The notes: a model not told the origin generated them from the letters alone. Counted from the first letter of the whole stretch, positions 10,842 through 24,323 are shown. The stretch: DNA of 63,473 bases, filler included, from Folioceros fuciformis (GCA_049999805.1; 19 parts of 19 records of this genome joined end to end with filler, not necessarily neighbours in it); one strand, 5' to 3'. Numbers and translations are program-made.

Positions 10842-12431
10842 ATGTCAGTGGACAAAGAAAAATGGCTAGAAGCCATAAATTCAGAATTCAACTCGTTGAT
10901 TGAAAATGAGACATGGGTGTTGAAGGATTTACCACCTGGTAGGACACCAATCTCAAACCGCTGGGTTTTCAAGTGTAAACTTAATCCCGATGGCACCACG
11001 GCATGCTTCAAGGCTCGACTAGTGGTGCGTGGTTTCTCCCAGCATGAAGGCATTGATTATAATGAAACTTTTTCCCCAGTTGTACGCTTGTCATCTGTTA
11101 GGACACTGTTAGCTATAGCAGCTGCCAAAGGATATAATGTACATCAAATGGATGTACAGACCGCTTTTCTCAATGGTGTGCTGGAGGAGACCGTCTACAT
11201 GAGCCAACCAGAAGGTTTTGTTAGTAAGAAACACCCTAAACGTGTCTGTAGATTGAAGAAAACACAATATGTGCTGAAACAAGCGCCTAGGTGCTGGAAC
11301 AGGCGATTGCATAATTTCTTGCTTAAGCATGGATTCAAGCAGTCAGCAGTTGATGGAAGTGTCTACATCTACAGGCAAGGTAATGAGGTGACATACTTAG
11401 CTGTTTATGTAGATGACACCTTGATTATAGGGTCCTCCTTGCATATAGTCGATGAAGTTAAAAGAATCCTGTCGCTGGAGTTTAAGATGACGGATATGGG
11501 GCAATGCACTTTCTTCTTGGGAGTACAAGCTATGATCAATAAGCAATCTGGAACAATTCTGCTACACCAAAAACATTACATAGACAGACTTCTGGATAAG
11601 TTTAATATGAAAGATGCAAATCCTGCAGCCACTCCAGTTGCAGTTGGAGCAGTACTCACGCAGGAACAATGCCCTAGCAGCCAGGTAGAAATCCAGGAGA
11701 TGTCCCATGTTCTGTATAGAATGTTGGTGGGCTGTCTACTGTGGTTGAGTTCGTGGACGCGACCAGATATTGCATTTGCTACTTCAGTTGTTTCTCAGTT
11801 CTTGTCAAATCCGGGGCAACAGCACTGGTCAGCAGCAAAGAGAATTCTGCGCTATCTTAAAGGCACAGCTGGTTATGGTTTGCAATATAAGAAGGAATCG
11901 AGTAATCAGCTGGAGCTTACTTGTCACTCGGATTCGGACTGGGTAGCTGACAGAGATACGAGGAGATCTGTTTCTGCCTTCTGTGAAAAATTGGACAGAA
12001 ACTTGGTGAGCTGGTCCTCGAAGAAGTAGTCGGTGGTTGCTCTGTCGTCGACTGAGGCTGAATACTCAGCACTCACATCTGCAGCGCAAGAGGTTATGCA
12101 TATGAGATCTCTGTTGCAAACCTTGGGACATGAGCAGAGTTAGCCTTCCTACATTTGGTGTGACAATCAGTCAGCGATGGCGATTGCAAGAAACCCTTTC
12201 GCACATTCCAGAACGAGGCACATAGAAGTCAAACAACACTTTATCCGCAAGGCAATCGAGGATGAAGTGATTGAATTAAGTTATGTGAACACCGTCGACA
12301 ATATTGCTGATCAGCTTACAAAGGCATTGGGAAAGAGTGAGCATGCAAGGCACACCGCTGGTCTAGGTGTTGTTCAAGTCACACAGACGCCAGCAAGCTC
12401 AAGTCACAAACTATTAACAGGTTCGAATTGA
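10842..12431 (+). pseudogene. Copia reverse transcriptase-RNase H
   Basis: FKARLVVRGF, QMDVQTAFLNG, YVDD, SDSDW, RTRHIEV and ADQLTK motifs, with in-frame TAG stops. PPT-like AAGTGGGAG at 12490-12498. Confidence 0.95.
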
Positions 12432-14051
12432 AAGAAGAAGAGAAGAAAAAAAAACCTTAAACCTTTTTCAACATGCTGCCAGCCAGCCTAAGTGGGAGTA
12501 AAAAAATACTTGAAGCTAGTATAGTCTAGCTGTAGCATATCGAAATAGTTATATAGAATAAGTTAGCTTATTGTTTATATGTAGATATCGAGATGTGAAC
12601 AAATCCCGTGAACGGGTAACCTAACCACTTCCAACTGTCAAGAGTCCTTCTTAAAGACATTCAGCTGTAATACAAATTTGCTTGTTTTAATCTAAAACTT
12701 TCTACCTATCGCTCACCAGCGTACTCGATACTTGTCAGCATGTGTATGAACTACCATCAAAACTTTGTAGTCAAGCGCCCTTATAATGGATCAATACCTG
12801 GATGCAGAGCTTAGAATTTTTCATTATTCATGTAGGGCCAAAAAAGTCTCAAGTGTCAGGGGTTTCCTTAGGCCCACAAGCCAAGACCTCTAATGCCCGT
12901 TGGCCCAAGGCCTTAGGGCTCAAAAGGCCTACAAGTCTGGGCTTTTAGGCCAAAGAAACCTAGACACTTAATGTCTCGGGCCAGACCCCTTTTTCTTTAC
13001 AACTTTGCACCCAAACCTTGGAAGAAAAGAGGCATTTCTAAAAAAAAATGGCTTTGAGCCCAAAGTGAAAAAGTGGTCCATGGGAATCCTAGATTTTGAG
13101 AAAAATAGCTTTAGATTCTTTTTCTTTGAGAAATGTAGTTTTTTACTATTGCACTTAGAAATATATCTTCGATGTGTATTATACTTTATGTTAAAAACTT
13201 AAGAATGTTAATATAGTTCATAGATCAAATCACATACGTTTTTATTTCTAAGTATGATAATAGGGCACAACTTTCAATGAGATTCAAAAAGAGAAGTAGC
13301 AAGACATAAAGACTCTCCTATTCTATAGATGTAGGTTGTAGTGTCTGAATTCGGCGGAAACTATAGCAGAGGTCTAGTGGAAGGATGGGGAAGGTGTGCA
13401 CCGTCAAAGGCTTAGCGGATGATGTCTTGGTGGCAAGGGGGATGACGTCGTGACACCACTGTAATGGGGAGCACTTATGAACCTTTGGTACTTGTGAACC
13501 ATATGTGTGTTTTTAGACAATGTCCAAAATTAGTAGTTAGTAGTTGCATGTCATGCAACTACAAATTTCAAGGTCCCCTTTTGTCCATTGAATGTTCAAC
13601 ACCTTGTTTTCAAAGAAAAACATCTAGTTCCAAACACAAAATGGTTGATTTCATCAAACTTATTTAGTTTAGAAGAACAAGATGGAAAAAATCATCTGCC
13701 CCTGGAGAGGGAGATAAACCATGAAAGAAACACTAGGGGCTAACCCCCTAAAGCCTAATGACTACCAGTAGTACCTAAACCATCATCGTCTGGGATGAGA
13801 AAGGGTCTACCTACCACTGGGATTGCTAACGCCGCCTCTCCTACCAAAATTGTCGTCTTGTATATGGCATTAGTCAATGCTTGCTGTAATGCAATAGAAA
13901 CCCCGCTATGATACACAAAAGAGGAGCCGACCCCTCACGTGCTGTCATAATNNNNNNNNNNNNNNNNNNNNNNNNNNNNNNNNNNNNNNNNNNNNTTAAT
14001 TAATTAANNNNNNNNNNNNNNNNNNNNNNNNNNNNNNNNNNNNNNNNNNNN

Positions 14052-16275
14052 GATCCGGATTATGACAGCCTTGTGTCGGATCCTTACACCGATGAGGAGT
14101 CCGATAGGGCTTATGAGAAGAGGATGAGGAAGGATCTGGAGAAAGCACGCAAGAGGCGTGAGGAGGATGAGGATCGTCGAGCTGAGAAGGACAGGAGAGG
14201 CAAAGGATCCTATAGGATGGAGAGAGGCGAACCGTCCTCAAGTGGTGAAGGACTGACCAGTCAGGTTGAGGCATTGACGAGGAGGCTGGTCGAGCTGGAG
14301 GTGAAGGCTGTATGCAACCAAGCACCAAGGAGGTCACCTTCATTGGGTCGGCAGCTGGTGTACTGTTCTATTTGTCACCAATCAGGACACACTCACCAAG
14401 AGTGCACTAGGGCTCCCCGCCACGCTGTCAACCAAGTGGACGCCTACCTACCAGGAGACTATTGGTATGTGGATGACTCTTATTAGGTACAGACTGTGAC
14501 TGCTCCTCGACCACCACAGTCCATTCAGCCATCTTTCCAACCACCAGGACCTCCTGGAATGAGGTATGGTCCTCGTCCGGTATCTCCAGGCCCTTGGAGG
14601 CCAGATCCGTCCCAGCGTCCACAAGTGGTGGCAGCAGGTTGTTGTTTTAATTGTAGCTTGCCGGGACACTATGCTAACGAGTGCACATAGCCACGTCAGC
14701 AACTTGGATTTGTGCCGTTTTGTCAGGTGTGCAAGGATCCAGGGCACAGGGCTAGGGATCCAAGGTGTTCGGGCATCCCTCGGCCAGCATTGCCTAGATC
14801 CGGAGTGAGGATCACGGAGGCACCGCAAGAGGGAATTCCTCCTGTGGTGGAGACAGCAGCTCCAGTGACAAGCGCACATGTGTTGTTGGTGGAGGCTGAG
14901 GAGGAGCCTTTGATTGACTCTCAAGCATTTTCTGGCATTGTGGAGGAGGGATATTCAGGCAAAGCTAGCCATGGTGAAGAAGTCATGGTGGCAAGGGTCA
15001 CCACTCATTCCGAACATCATTATAGGGAGAAGACGAAGAAGGAAGAGAAGAGGAGGAGGAGAGAACGTGACAACACTCCTAAACCACCAGAGGCAAGGGA
15101 GGAACCACTTGTCCAGCAAGGGAAGAATGATGTGCCGACTGGGCAAGGGGTTGATCCACCTCATCGAGAGGAAGGTGAACTAGCTGAAGGAGAGGTTGAA
15201 GAATCAACATTCCCACCCGACATCAACAAGGAGGTTGCTGCAATGCTGGAGGAAGAGCTGATTAGGCTGATGCACCGGTCTAAGAAGGTCACGTTTGCAG
15301 ACCCTCTTGTGACAGGGGTGGTGGAGAGTGCAAGTCCCTTGGAGAAGAAACAGGAAGGAGAGAAGGTTGATCAAAGCGAGGAGGATGGAGGGATCAATCC
15401 TCCTAAGACAACAACAGCAAGGGAGGCTTTGGCCATGAAGGTTGCTGGATTTGCTGACGCCTTGCTTGACGAGGAGTTTGTGGTGAGCTTGAGACAGCTC
15501 TTGTCCGTTAGTCCCAAGGCCAGGAAGATCGTGAAGGAGGCCATCCGAGGGATACCGGAGCCACTCGAAGGGAAGATAGTCTCGACCTGGATGAGTTCAG
15601 TGGAGTTGGCTTATTGTGGAGCTCCTGAAATAGAGGTGGAGATTGCAGGTTGTCTGGTACCGGATGTACCGTTGGATACGGGGTCTGGTGTCAATCTCAT
15701 GACGGAGGACACAGCCCATTGTTTGGGGTTCACAAAGTTTGACCCTATCCGCGTGTACCTTTGGATGGTAAACCAGACCAAGAGGAAGCCTCTAGGAGTG
15801 TTGAAGGATGTGCCCACGGTGATAGGAGGGATCACGTTCAAGCTGACCTACATTGTCATGAGGCCAATGTCTAGCCTAGGGTACAAGGTGCTCCTTGGGA
15901 GACCGTGGTTGTACGGGACAGCTTGTGTGTTTGATTTTGGCAGGAAAGGTGTGACCTTTAGGTCTAAACCTACAGGACCTGCTGAAGTTTCGTTTGTCTC
16001 ATGGAGCAAAGCTCCCTATGGGGGAGAAACAGCAGGACCATCCCCCGGGTACACATCCAGTAGTGCTGGAGGTAGCACTTCTAGCAGGACAGGAGCCTAC
16101 AAGGGAGTAGGGCATACTGTCAAGATGGTGGATTTGGGTCAAGAGGTAACTTGTTTCCATACTGAAGTAGTGGAGAATGAAGATCCACAGGAGGATAAAG
16201 AGCAAAGGGAAGGAGCTGCCTTTTGGAAGGGGAAGGCCTATGACTACGATTTCCCGGAAGAAGGATCAGGAACAA
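14052..16275 (+). pseudogene. Gypsy (non-chromovirus-like) gag C-terminus and aspartic protease
   Basis: CCHC knuckles (CSICHQSGHTHQEC, CFNCSLPGHYANEC), and protease motifs LDTGSGVN and LLGRPWL. Interrupted by a Copia LTR at 16276. Confidence 0.88.
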
Positions 16276-16481
16276 AGTTGGAAGACTACATGCGGAAGCA
16301 TGTCTTCAAGCAAAGAATATGATTAAGAACTAATATAAAAGTACAATAGTTGTGCTTTTATAGGCATCACCCTAAAGGGTGTGACCTTTCACTAGCCTAG
16401 CTAATTAACCTTACACATAGTGTGCTAAGCTAACATGACTTAGGGTTACATAACTCTAGTGAACTGCTACCCCTTCTAACT
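16276..16481 (-). mobile_element. Copia 3' LTR (206 bp) with AG...CT termini
   Basis: Bounded by AGTTGGAAG and CTTCTAACT (9-bp inverted repeat, 1 mismatch). PPT (TGAGAGGGAG on minus) abuts at 16482. Shares ATGCGGAAGCATG with the LTR at 52770. Confidence 0.78.
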
Positions 16482-16699
16482 CTCCCTCTCATTCACGTTG
16501 AGGTTATGAGAGCTCTATCAGAGATCAGTGCTTGGAAAGTTTGTAACAAAAAGCTATCTACTCCAGCTCAGCTGTGAAGTCTTCTAGTCGCTAACACTGT
16601 CAAGAAGTCTGTCGCCGGCGACAACCTCTATAGTAGCGCACCAGTCATGACCATAATAGAAGTAATATTCCAGTTACAGTTGTCCTTGCACTTGATGGA

Positions 16700-16919
16700 G
16701 CAAGAAGGAATATCATTACCATGTCTTCAAATTTTCTTGAGTGACATAACCACTACAGTCTACAAGACCAAGTCCTTCCCTATGAAAACAATGTTTAAAC
16801 TTAGGAAGTGACTTAGTCAGAACATCAGCTACATTAAGATCTGTAGGCACATACTGTATCTTTACTAAGCCCCTCTCAGCAGCATCCCGAACATAATGAT
16901 GTTGGATCTCGATGTGCTT
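16700..16919 (-). pseudogene. Copia RNase H C-terminus
   Basis: KHIEIQHHYVRD...NVADVLTKSL on the minus strand. Confidence 0.88.
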
Positions 16920-17019
16920 NNNNNNNNNNNNNNNNNNNNNNNNNNNNNNNNNNNNNNNNNNNNTTAATTAATTAANNNNNNNNNNNNNNNNNNNNNNNNN
17001 NNNNNNNNNNNNNNNNNNN

Positions 17020-18803
17020 TGATGTTGTGGACTATGAGGGGGATCACCAATGTAATGATGAGCAGCCAAGTGCTTTTGAAGACTCAGATAACAGTGAAGC
17101 TCAAAGTGATGTTGTACTGTCAAATCTTGATGAGACTGCTGATGCTGATCCTTCTTCTCGCTATCCTGTAAGGATGAGAAGACCACGAGAGTTATGGGAT
17201 GAGCCACCTTATCAATCTGAAGATTTCAGGAGACATACAACAGCCAATGTAACAGACTTGTATGTACCTGATGTCAGACCTGATCCTCAAACACTTGATG
17301 AAGCACTGAATGGTCATGATGGGGCCCATTGGCGAGAGTCCGTTAATGACGAGTACAATAGTCTCCTAAAAACCGAGACGTGGGAGCTAGCTGATCTGCC
17401 ACCAAACAGAAAACCTATTACCTGTAAATGGGTATTTGAAACTAAACTAAAGTTAGATGGAACTATAGCAAGATATAAAAGCAAACTTGTGGCAAGAGGG
17501 TTGTCACAGATTCCTGGGATAGATTACGGAGATACTTTCTCCCCCGTAGTGAAGCCTCCATTTGTCAAAATCCTGCTTGCACTTGCCGCTGAATTTGATC
17601 TTGAACTCCATCAGATGGATGTCTGCACGGCCTTCTTACATGGAGAACTGGAAGAGGTTCTCTACATGAACCAACCAGAAGGATTTGTTAGTAAAAAATG
17701 GCTAGGTAAAGTCTACAAACTTTTGAAGACTATCTATGGTTTGAAACAAAGCCCTAGAGCCTAGTACAAACGAATTATGAAGTTCTTGTGTAAGGCAAGC
17801 TTCTCACAATCATCAACAGACTCAAATGTATTTTACTTATCTGAGTTTGGGCTCTTTGTCATCTTGGCCTTGTTTGTCGACGATGCAATTCTACTAAGCA
17901 ACAGCATACCACACATGAACAAGGTTAAGGATCTTATGAGGAGCAAGTTTGAGATGACAGATCAGGGTGCCCTTCAGTTTTGCTTGGGTATTCAAATACT
18001 TAGAAACAGGCAGGACGGGACAATTGTCCTTCATCAGTCAAAATATCTCAAGGAAATAATTAAACGATTTCACCTGGATGAAGCTCGTCCTATAACGGCC
18101 CCTTCCGTTGTGGGTGAAAAGCTTTCAGTTGACATGTCCCCTCATTCTGCAGATGAAAAAAAGGATATGGCTGGTGTCCCTTATGCTGAGGCAGTTGGAT
18201 GTCTCATTTTCCTGGCAAACTGGACTAGACCAGATATAAGCTTCTCTGTTAGTGTGGTAGCTTAATTTATCAAGACTCAAGGTCGAGTCCATTGGGCTGC
18301 AATAAAATGTATCTATCGTTACCTAAAGGGAACAGTCAATTTAGGCCTGCATTACACTGCTAGTGGCAAAAAGAGTTTTGTGCTTACTGCCCTAGCAGAT
18401 GCAGACTGGGCATCAAATTCAAACACTCGTAAGAGTCTGTCTGCCTATGTATGTTTGCTAACCTCCGGTGCTGTCAATTGGTCATGTAAAAAGCAATCTT
18501 CATTAGCACTGTCATCTACTGAGGCTTAATACAAGGCCCTCACAGACGCCTGAAAGGAACTTGAATGGGAGAGACAGTTTTTAGAATCCACGATTCCACG
18601 CAAGGACAAAGCTCATAGAGCTTTATCACCACTACATTAGAGATGTGGTGGAGAGAGGTGTGGCTAAGGTGGAGTATGTAAGCAATGATGAAAATACAGC
18701 AGACCTATTGACTAAAGGGCTTTTTAAGGTCAAGCACTATGAGCATCTTGCTTCTATGGGCTTAAGGGTGTCTACTATGCCGATACGCAAAAGTGCAAGA
18801 TAG
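17020..18803 (+). pseudogene. Copia INT-RT linker, RT and RNase H (copy A)
   Basis: YKSKLVARG, QMDVCTAFLHG, FVDD and DADW motifs. Internal stops, and a 74-bp deletion relative to the copy at 45135. Confidence 0.95.
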
Positions 18804-19002
18804 AGTGTGCTCTACTGACAAGAAGTGACTTAAACAGTTTACTACAAGCCTGACCTTCCTGTCCAGCACACAAGACACGAGGACAGCTCATTGGATGAAG
18901 CAACCTGCATATTCAGTCGTGAAATGCTCTCTGCATCGACAAAAAGCAAAGAAAAGTAAACCTTCACAGCAGTGATTTACCTTTTTCAGGCAGGCAAGCG
19001 CC

Positions 19003-19244
19003 TTAGGTATCACTAGCTTTAGGCACACCGCTGACTGCTCCAGTATATCCAGGCGTGTTCAGTTCCTTCACAAGGTGCTGTATTTCACACTCTAACAGTG
19101 AAAACATGGTTGGATCCCGTGATGGGAACTTGGCGAGCAAGTCTCGAAGGTCCAAGACCCGACACTTCGCGGCCTTGATTGCTTCTTCGACCTCCTCGCA
19201 CTTCTGAGCAGTCTGAAGCAGATGACACACCAAGTTTCTATCTG
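19003..19244 (-). CDS. Antisense ORF fragment downstream of Copia pol (copy A)
   Basis: Helical CEEVEEAIKAAKCRVLDLRDLL segment, open to the contig end, and retained in copy B (47192-47433). Confidence 0.5.
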
Positions 19245-19589
19245 NNNNNNNNNNNNNNNNNNNNNNNNNNNNNNNNNNNNNNNNNNNNTTAATTAATTAA
19301 NNNNNNNNNNNNNNNNNNNNNNNNNNNNNNNNNNNNNNNNNNNNTTTCGAGAGGGAGGAGCCTCGGTACGTTGCTTTGAGGGGGGAACTCCGATGTTTCC
19401 CAGGGTTTGCGTGGCTAGGTACTTCGAGTGGTGCTGCAACGTCACACACATTCCTTTCTGCATTAAATAAAGATTTCACCAGTCTGATGAAGTAGCTTCC
19501 GCTTTTCAGCCCCCAGCTGCTGCATACATTCGCAAATTGCTCTAGGTTTAACGTGAGCATCGCGCACTGCTAAGGTTTCATTCATGAAG

Positions 19590-20340
19590 CTACGATCAAT
19601 CCTCCTCGGGGGGGCCATTGTCTGTCACGGAGCCGGTCCAGCCTACCTGTTTCTTTTGAACGTCGTACTGCATCAGGAAGTACCGGTGGTGGTAGCTCCC
19701 CATGTCATCTTATGCTGGAGTGGCTACAGTCTCAAAGGGAAGGAGACGAAGCTGCCTCTGTCCTGCACTAATGTGCTGATGCGGTGGCGGGTTGGGATGT
19801 CGGTGAAGGCTCCTTTGGCGAACTGGACTGGTTTGTCAGGGTGCTCGGCGTTCCCGCCCGCCTGGTGAAAGTGTCGTAACTGTAGGAAAGGTAAATTGCG
19901 CGGTTATCCAGCGGTGTCCAGGTTCACTGGCTGAGAAGGCCTGCCGAAGTGCTTGTCCACCATGTATTTCCCTTTGGTGTCAGGTGCGGCTGAAGCAATC
20001 ACATGACCCGATGCCGACGCTGGCCTCATCCGGGTCACAGACCTGGCCCATGCTGCTGACCTTGAGTGTGTTCGCATCGAGCAGTGCCTTCAGATGCGCC
20101 AATCGGAGATCATCTTTGCGTATCGCCATCTGCACGTCAGGCTGACTCGAAGACCGGTTCGCCCAACTCAGAGCTCTGCTTGGCATATATGGAAGTGTCG
20201 TCTGGTTAGGCCTGGTTTGAATCCGTCTGCAACGTTCTGATCTTGGCCGACCAGGCGGGTTTCAGCAGGCGAATCAGGAAGTTGCAGAAATGCTTGGAGC
20301 GAAGAGTAGCTGAAAAGGATATTCGCCGTGCTAGGTAGTG
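19590..20340 (-). pseudogene. Highly decayed A1 aspartic protease paralog (C-terminal half)
   Basis: Collinear remnants ILFSY...SPAETRLVGQD, PDKPVQFAKGA and MGSYHHRYFLMQYDVQKKQVGW match IFSYCL...SPLIVGSD, PEVSFAFAGGA and FGNAQQQNRHIVYDLQAQRIGW of the adjacent gene. Confidence 0.55.
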
Positions 20341-20971
20341 GATGGGCTTGGAGAATGGAGTGCAAATGCAGAGGTTCAGCACTCAAGGCAAGACAGGCCT
20401 GGTCCCGAATATCATGGAACGGTTGTTAGATCAGATTCTGATTCAACGTCCAGACACTTCACCCAAAGCTTGCCCAATTCCAAGAACCCTTAGACTTCTG
20501 CACACAAACCTCAGTTTCCAATACCTTGAATTGACTCACAAGTTTGTGCTTGCACCTACCATGGCCAGCCATGGAGCACGAAAGATGTGCCGAAATAAGT
20601 CAGGACATGGCGATGAGAAAGAAAGGAGATCTCAAGCTTACTTGGGGTTTGAAGAGCTACATAAAGCCCATGGAAGATGGGCGCAGCACAGGCATTGCTA
20701 GGGAATGCTTGTGCTACGGTCGGGCGATGGTGTGGAGTGTGCTGCTGGGGGTGCTCAGCATTGAACAGGAAGCAGGGCCTGAATATGGGATCACAGGTTC
20801 ATGCTTTTACCCACCATTGGAAGCAAAGGTGGGCAAAACATGTGCCGTTTCCTGAAGTGAGGACAAGGCGATGAGAAGGAGGGGCGATTTCAACTGTTCT
20901 TGGATGTCAGAATGTCACGGATGTGAACACTAGCTCGTTAGGATTTCATTTATGAAAAATATAATCAACGA

Positions 20972-22807
20972 TCAAGCGGAACTACATTCCACAGGATGGC
21001 TCCATCCGATCCTCTGAGCCTGTAAGTCGTATACGATGTGACGATTTTGCTGCTGCGCATTCCCAAAGATGGCAGGCCCTTCCTCATTGGTTCCCAGCAT
21101 GACAAGGAGACACGCAACGTCGGAAATCTCGGAGCTGTTGAAGGGAAAGCCAAAGACGTTCTCTTGTCGAAGGTTCATGATGGCTCCTCCAGCGAATGCG
21201 AAACTCACTTCCGGAAATGTGGGATTTGAGACTTCAGAAATATCGTAGCAAAGATAGTTCCCGGTCTCCGACGTTGTGGGATAGGAGACAGTAGCTTGAA
21301 TTGTCTGGACAAGAGGATTGTAAGCGGCCGCGTAGAGGACGGTGAAAGTGGTTCCAGAGTCGAAGATAAGTCCTCCAGTTCCTGCATGAGCAACATTCAC
21401 CCAACCGTGGTTGATCAGGACCTTGCAAGAGAATGCAAGGAAAGGATTCTCACCGTGTCAAAATACTGGACAGTTGTGAATTGGAGCAAGTGGGCACCAT
21501 CATCCTGGATATCAAACGTCCCCTGTGGTATGGACAGTTGTTGGCCTCCAACAGAGATGGAGTCTAGACCAACGTAATACAGGCCAAATTCGTTGCTGAT
21601 GAGCGGAGTAAACTGAACTGCGCTGGAGATGGCATCACTGCCAACGATCAAAGGACTTGTAGCAGTCGGCGAACCACCCCAGTTCATTAAGCAGTAAGAG
21701 AAAATGTTCCCTTCTTCTGACGCCACCTGAGCCAGTGGGGAACACAACTCAGTAACTTGTTTACGCTGTTAGATCATTCCTTGCCTAGTTTAAGTGGGGC
21801 ACAAAAGGTCCATCGGCTGTCACAGAATGGTCAGATTGCAGGTATTACAAGATGGTGGAGCATCCGAGATGTACCTGAGATGCAAATGAGATATCCTGCA
21901 TCCCAAGTCCCATAACGCCATCGACGTCTGCAAATTCTTCACTGACGTCGAAGCTGAGTCCAAAGATAAAGTTTGGCAGATGATTGCTCTGCCCACCTCC
22001 TTCTTCAGGTAGTGTAACGGTGTCATAGGAAAGCGTGCCTGACGTTCTTGATCCATCTTCATAGTTGTATTCGTAGATGCAAACGCTACCTACAAGCACA
22101 AGACGAGAGTTGTGGGCCTGGCCTCCAACTCCAACGTAGTCTGATGAAATTATGTGCAACAGGTTCTTACCAAGTTGGCAATACATGGAGCCCTGGCTCG
22201 AGCACGTCACGTCTGCACAGCTCGGCACTCTGTATGTTAATGAAAGGGCAGCATTGAACTGATTTGGTCTACCACCAGTGAGCCATACCAAATCGCTTCC
22301 AGTGTCCATAATCAGCCTCACATTCTGAGGAGGGGTTCCGAGAACAAAATCCACCACGTGATCCCCCTCAAAGGCGTACGAAGGGGAAGTATACTCGGGG
22401 TTATAAACCTTGTTGCGGTGAGCTCTACGATGATGGTTCCCACTTAGCCTCTCCCGCCTGCGTTCACTTCGTTCCAGTGCGTCTTGGAAATAGGCAGCCA
22501 GCTTGAATTTTCCATTCACAGCAAACTTGCTGCTGGACTGAGACTGGTTCCCTCCTTTGTCAACACCGACGCTTCTTCTTGAAAGCGTAAACTGAAGTCT
22601 CTTTGATTCCTTCTGAGCCTGGTAGCTGCTGGTGTGCTGAGCATTTGAAAGCTCTGTAGGCCGGTCAACACCATCAGTGTCGAACACATCAGACTGCAAC
22701 CTTGTGGCAGAAGTCACAAAAAATATTGAACACACAATAACACAAAGAACAAATCTGCTGCTGCTTCGAGTTCTGCTGGGATGGAAATGGCATGGTGGTA
22801 CTGCCAT
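20972..22807 (-). CDS. A1-family atypical aspartic protease (nepenthesin/CDR1-like, TAXi_N + TAXi_C), about 496 aa, 4 exons
   Basis: Exons 22807-22171, 22089-21875, 21726-21498 and 21381-20972, joined by GT-AG introns, total 1491 nt in one frame. Hydrophobic N-terminal segment, GTPPQ, catalytic DTGSD and DSGTT, FSYCL, GNAQQQN..YDL...IGW. Confidence 0.9.
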
Positions 22808-24323
22808 GATGTTGCGAAGTAGTTGGGTTCCAAATTGCCAATGAGAATGTAGCCTGATTGGGCTCACAGAGAAGTCAGGAATCTGAAAGGGGGGCTGGTC
22901 TAGATACTACAGGTCCTCTCGAAAGCAAAGCAAGGATGTCGCCCATATTGGATGCTGGTGCTTTGTAAGGTTTGTCTTCGAGTTGGGAAGATCACCAATT
23001 CTGGTGAGCATGCAGAGGGTAGGAATTGACAACTGTTAAGAGCATGGATTGGGCGTGTGATAAACCTACCGACTGGCAGACACGGTCTATGTTTGACATG
23101 TTGCAATTGAAGGTTCCTGTGAAAGTTGGGACTGGTTAAGCATGGGAGATGCAGCCATTCTTGATTCGGTCTTCACATGTTTCTTTAAGGGAACAGGTGA
23201 ACAGCCTTGATTCAAATGGCAGCATATGTCAAGATCGATCACCATACGGTCACATCGGTTGTCGCTATCCATCACCCAAAATTGCTCCTCTTTCCTTCTG
23301 AGAATAACAGCCGTGAAACTCATGTTCCTTATGTTGTGTGTACAGAAGCTAGGCTCAATCTTCCTCAGCAACCTGCCCACACGTTAGACACAGTAGAGCT
23401 GCCGTTCCCGACGATTTTAGCGAAACCGTTCTTATGGCACACGAAGGGATTAAACATAGCATTCGATTGCGATGTAGGTCGATGTCAAAGCACGAGAGCA
23501 TTTCTTCTGCTGATGGTGCAGAAAGACTAGAAACATCGTTCCCCCGTTCCAGCTTTCAAACTTCGTTCAGACTGCGTTTCAGGTCCCTTGCGACGGGATC
23601 CACAAGAGCCACTTCGAAACCATTGTGAATTTCTGCGAACCCTTGGAGTCATTGCCTAGTCTAAAGCTCAGCCGATAACAGGGCATCCCACAAACCCCGG
23701 ACCGACACATACTCGTTCAGCTGATGGTGCCAGGATGCAGTGAAACTTGAGACTCAGACCTATGCTGTTCAGCGGTCTTGTAGGCACTGGAGCTCTTCTG
23801 AAAGCCTCAACCACATTGCAAAGGGCCATGGTAACCGTGAGCGTTTGGAGTCAGCTTTGCGGGAATCCATTCAGCATCGTTCAGGAACAGACCTGTCATA
23901 ATCTAGCCATCTCACAACATATTGAAGGTGTCAGGATGAAGCTTAAGAAGCAGCAACAGTGAAATCATATCTACAGTTGTCCAATGGCACTCCAAAAGAT
24001 GGAACCCTGGTCAGACACTCACAGTAGAACAGGATTGGAAGAACTTCAGAAGCTGTGGAATTCCAAGGACTCCAGACCCTTCAAGCCCATGAGGAAATAA
24101 TAGAGACAAATAATAGAAATAATAGGACTCCACACCCTTCAGCCCCTTGTGACGTCAAGCACTCTGGAAAGCCAGACCTATAGGACAAGGATGCCAACAT
24201 GGCCAAGCCTGCAGCTTTCGAAGGCTGTCTTGCCGTACAACTTCAGCAATGTTGACGGATCACAGTCCACCTGTGATCTTCCTGGAACAAAGCTGGTAAG
24301 CGTGTTGTTACAAGCTTGCATGT

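Noticed and set aside
23000-24320. Coding-like minus-strand remnants (possible F-box/LRR)
   Set aside because: No motif strong enough to name by eye.
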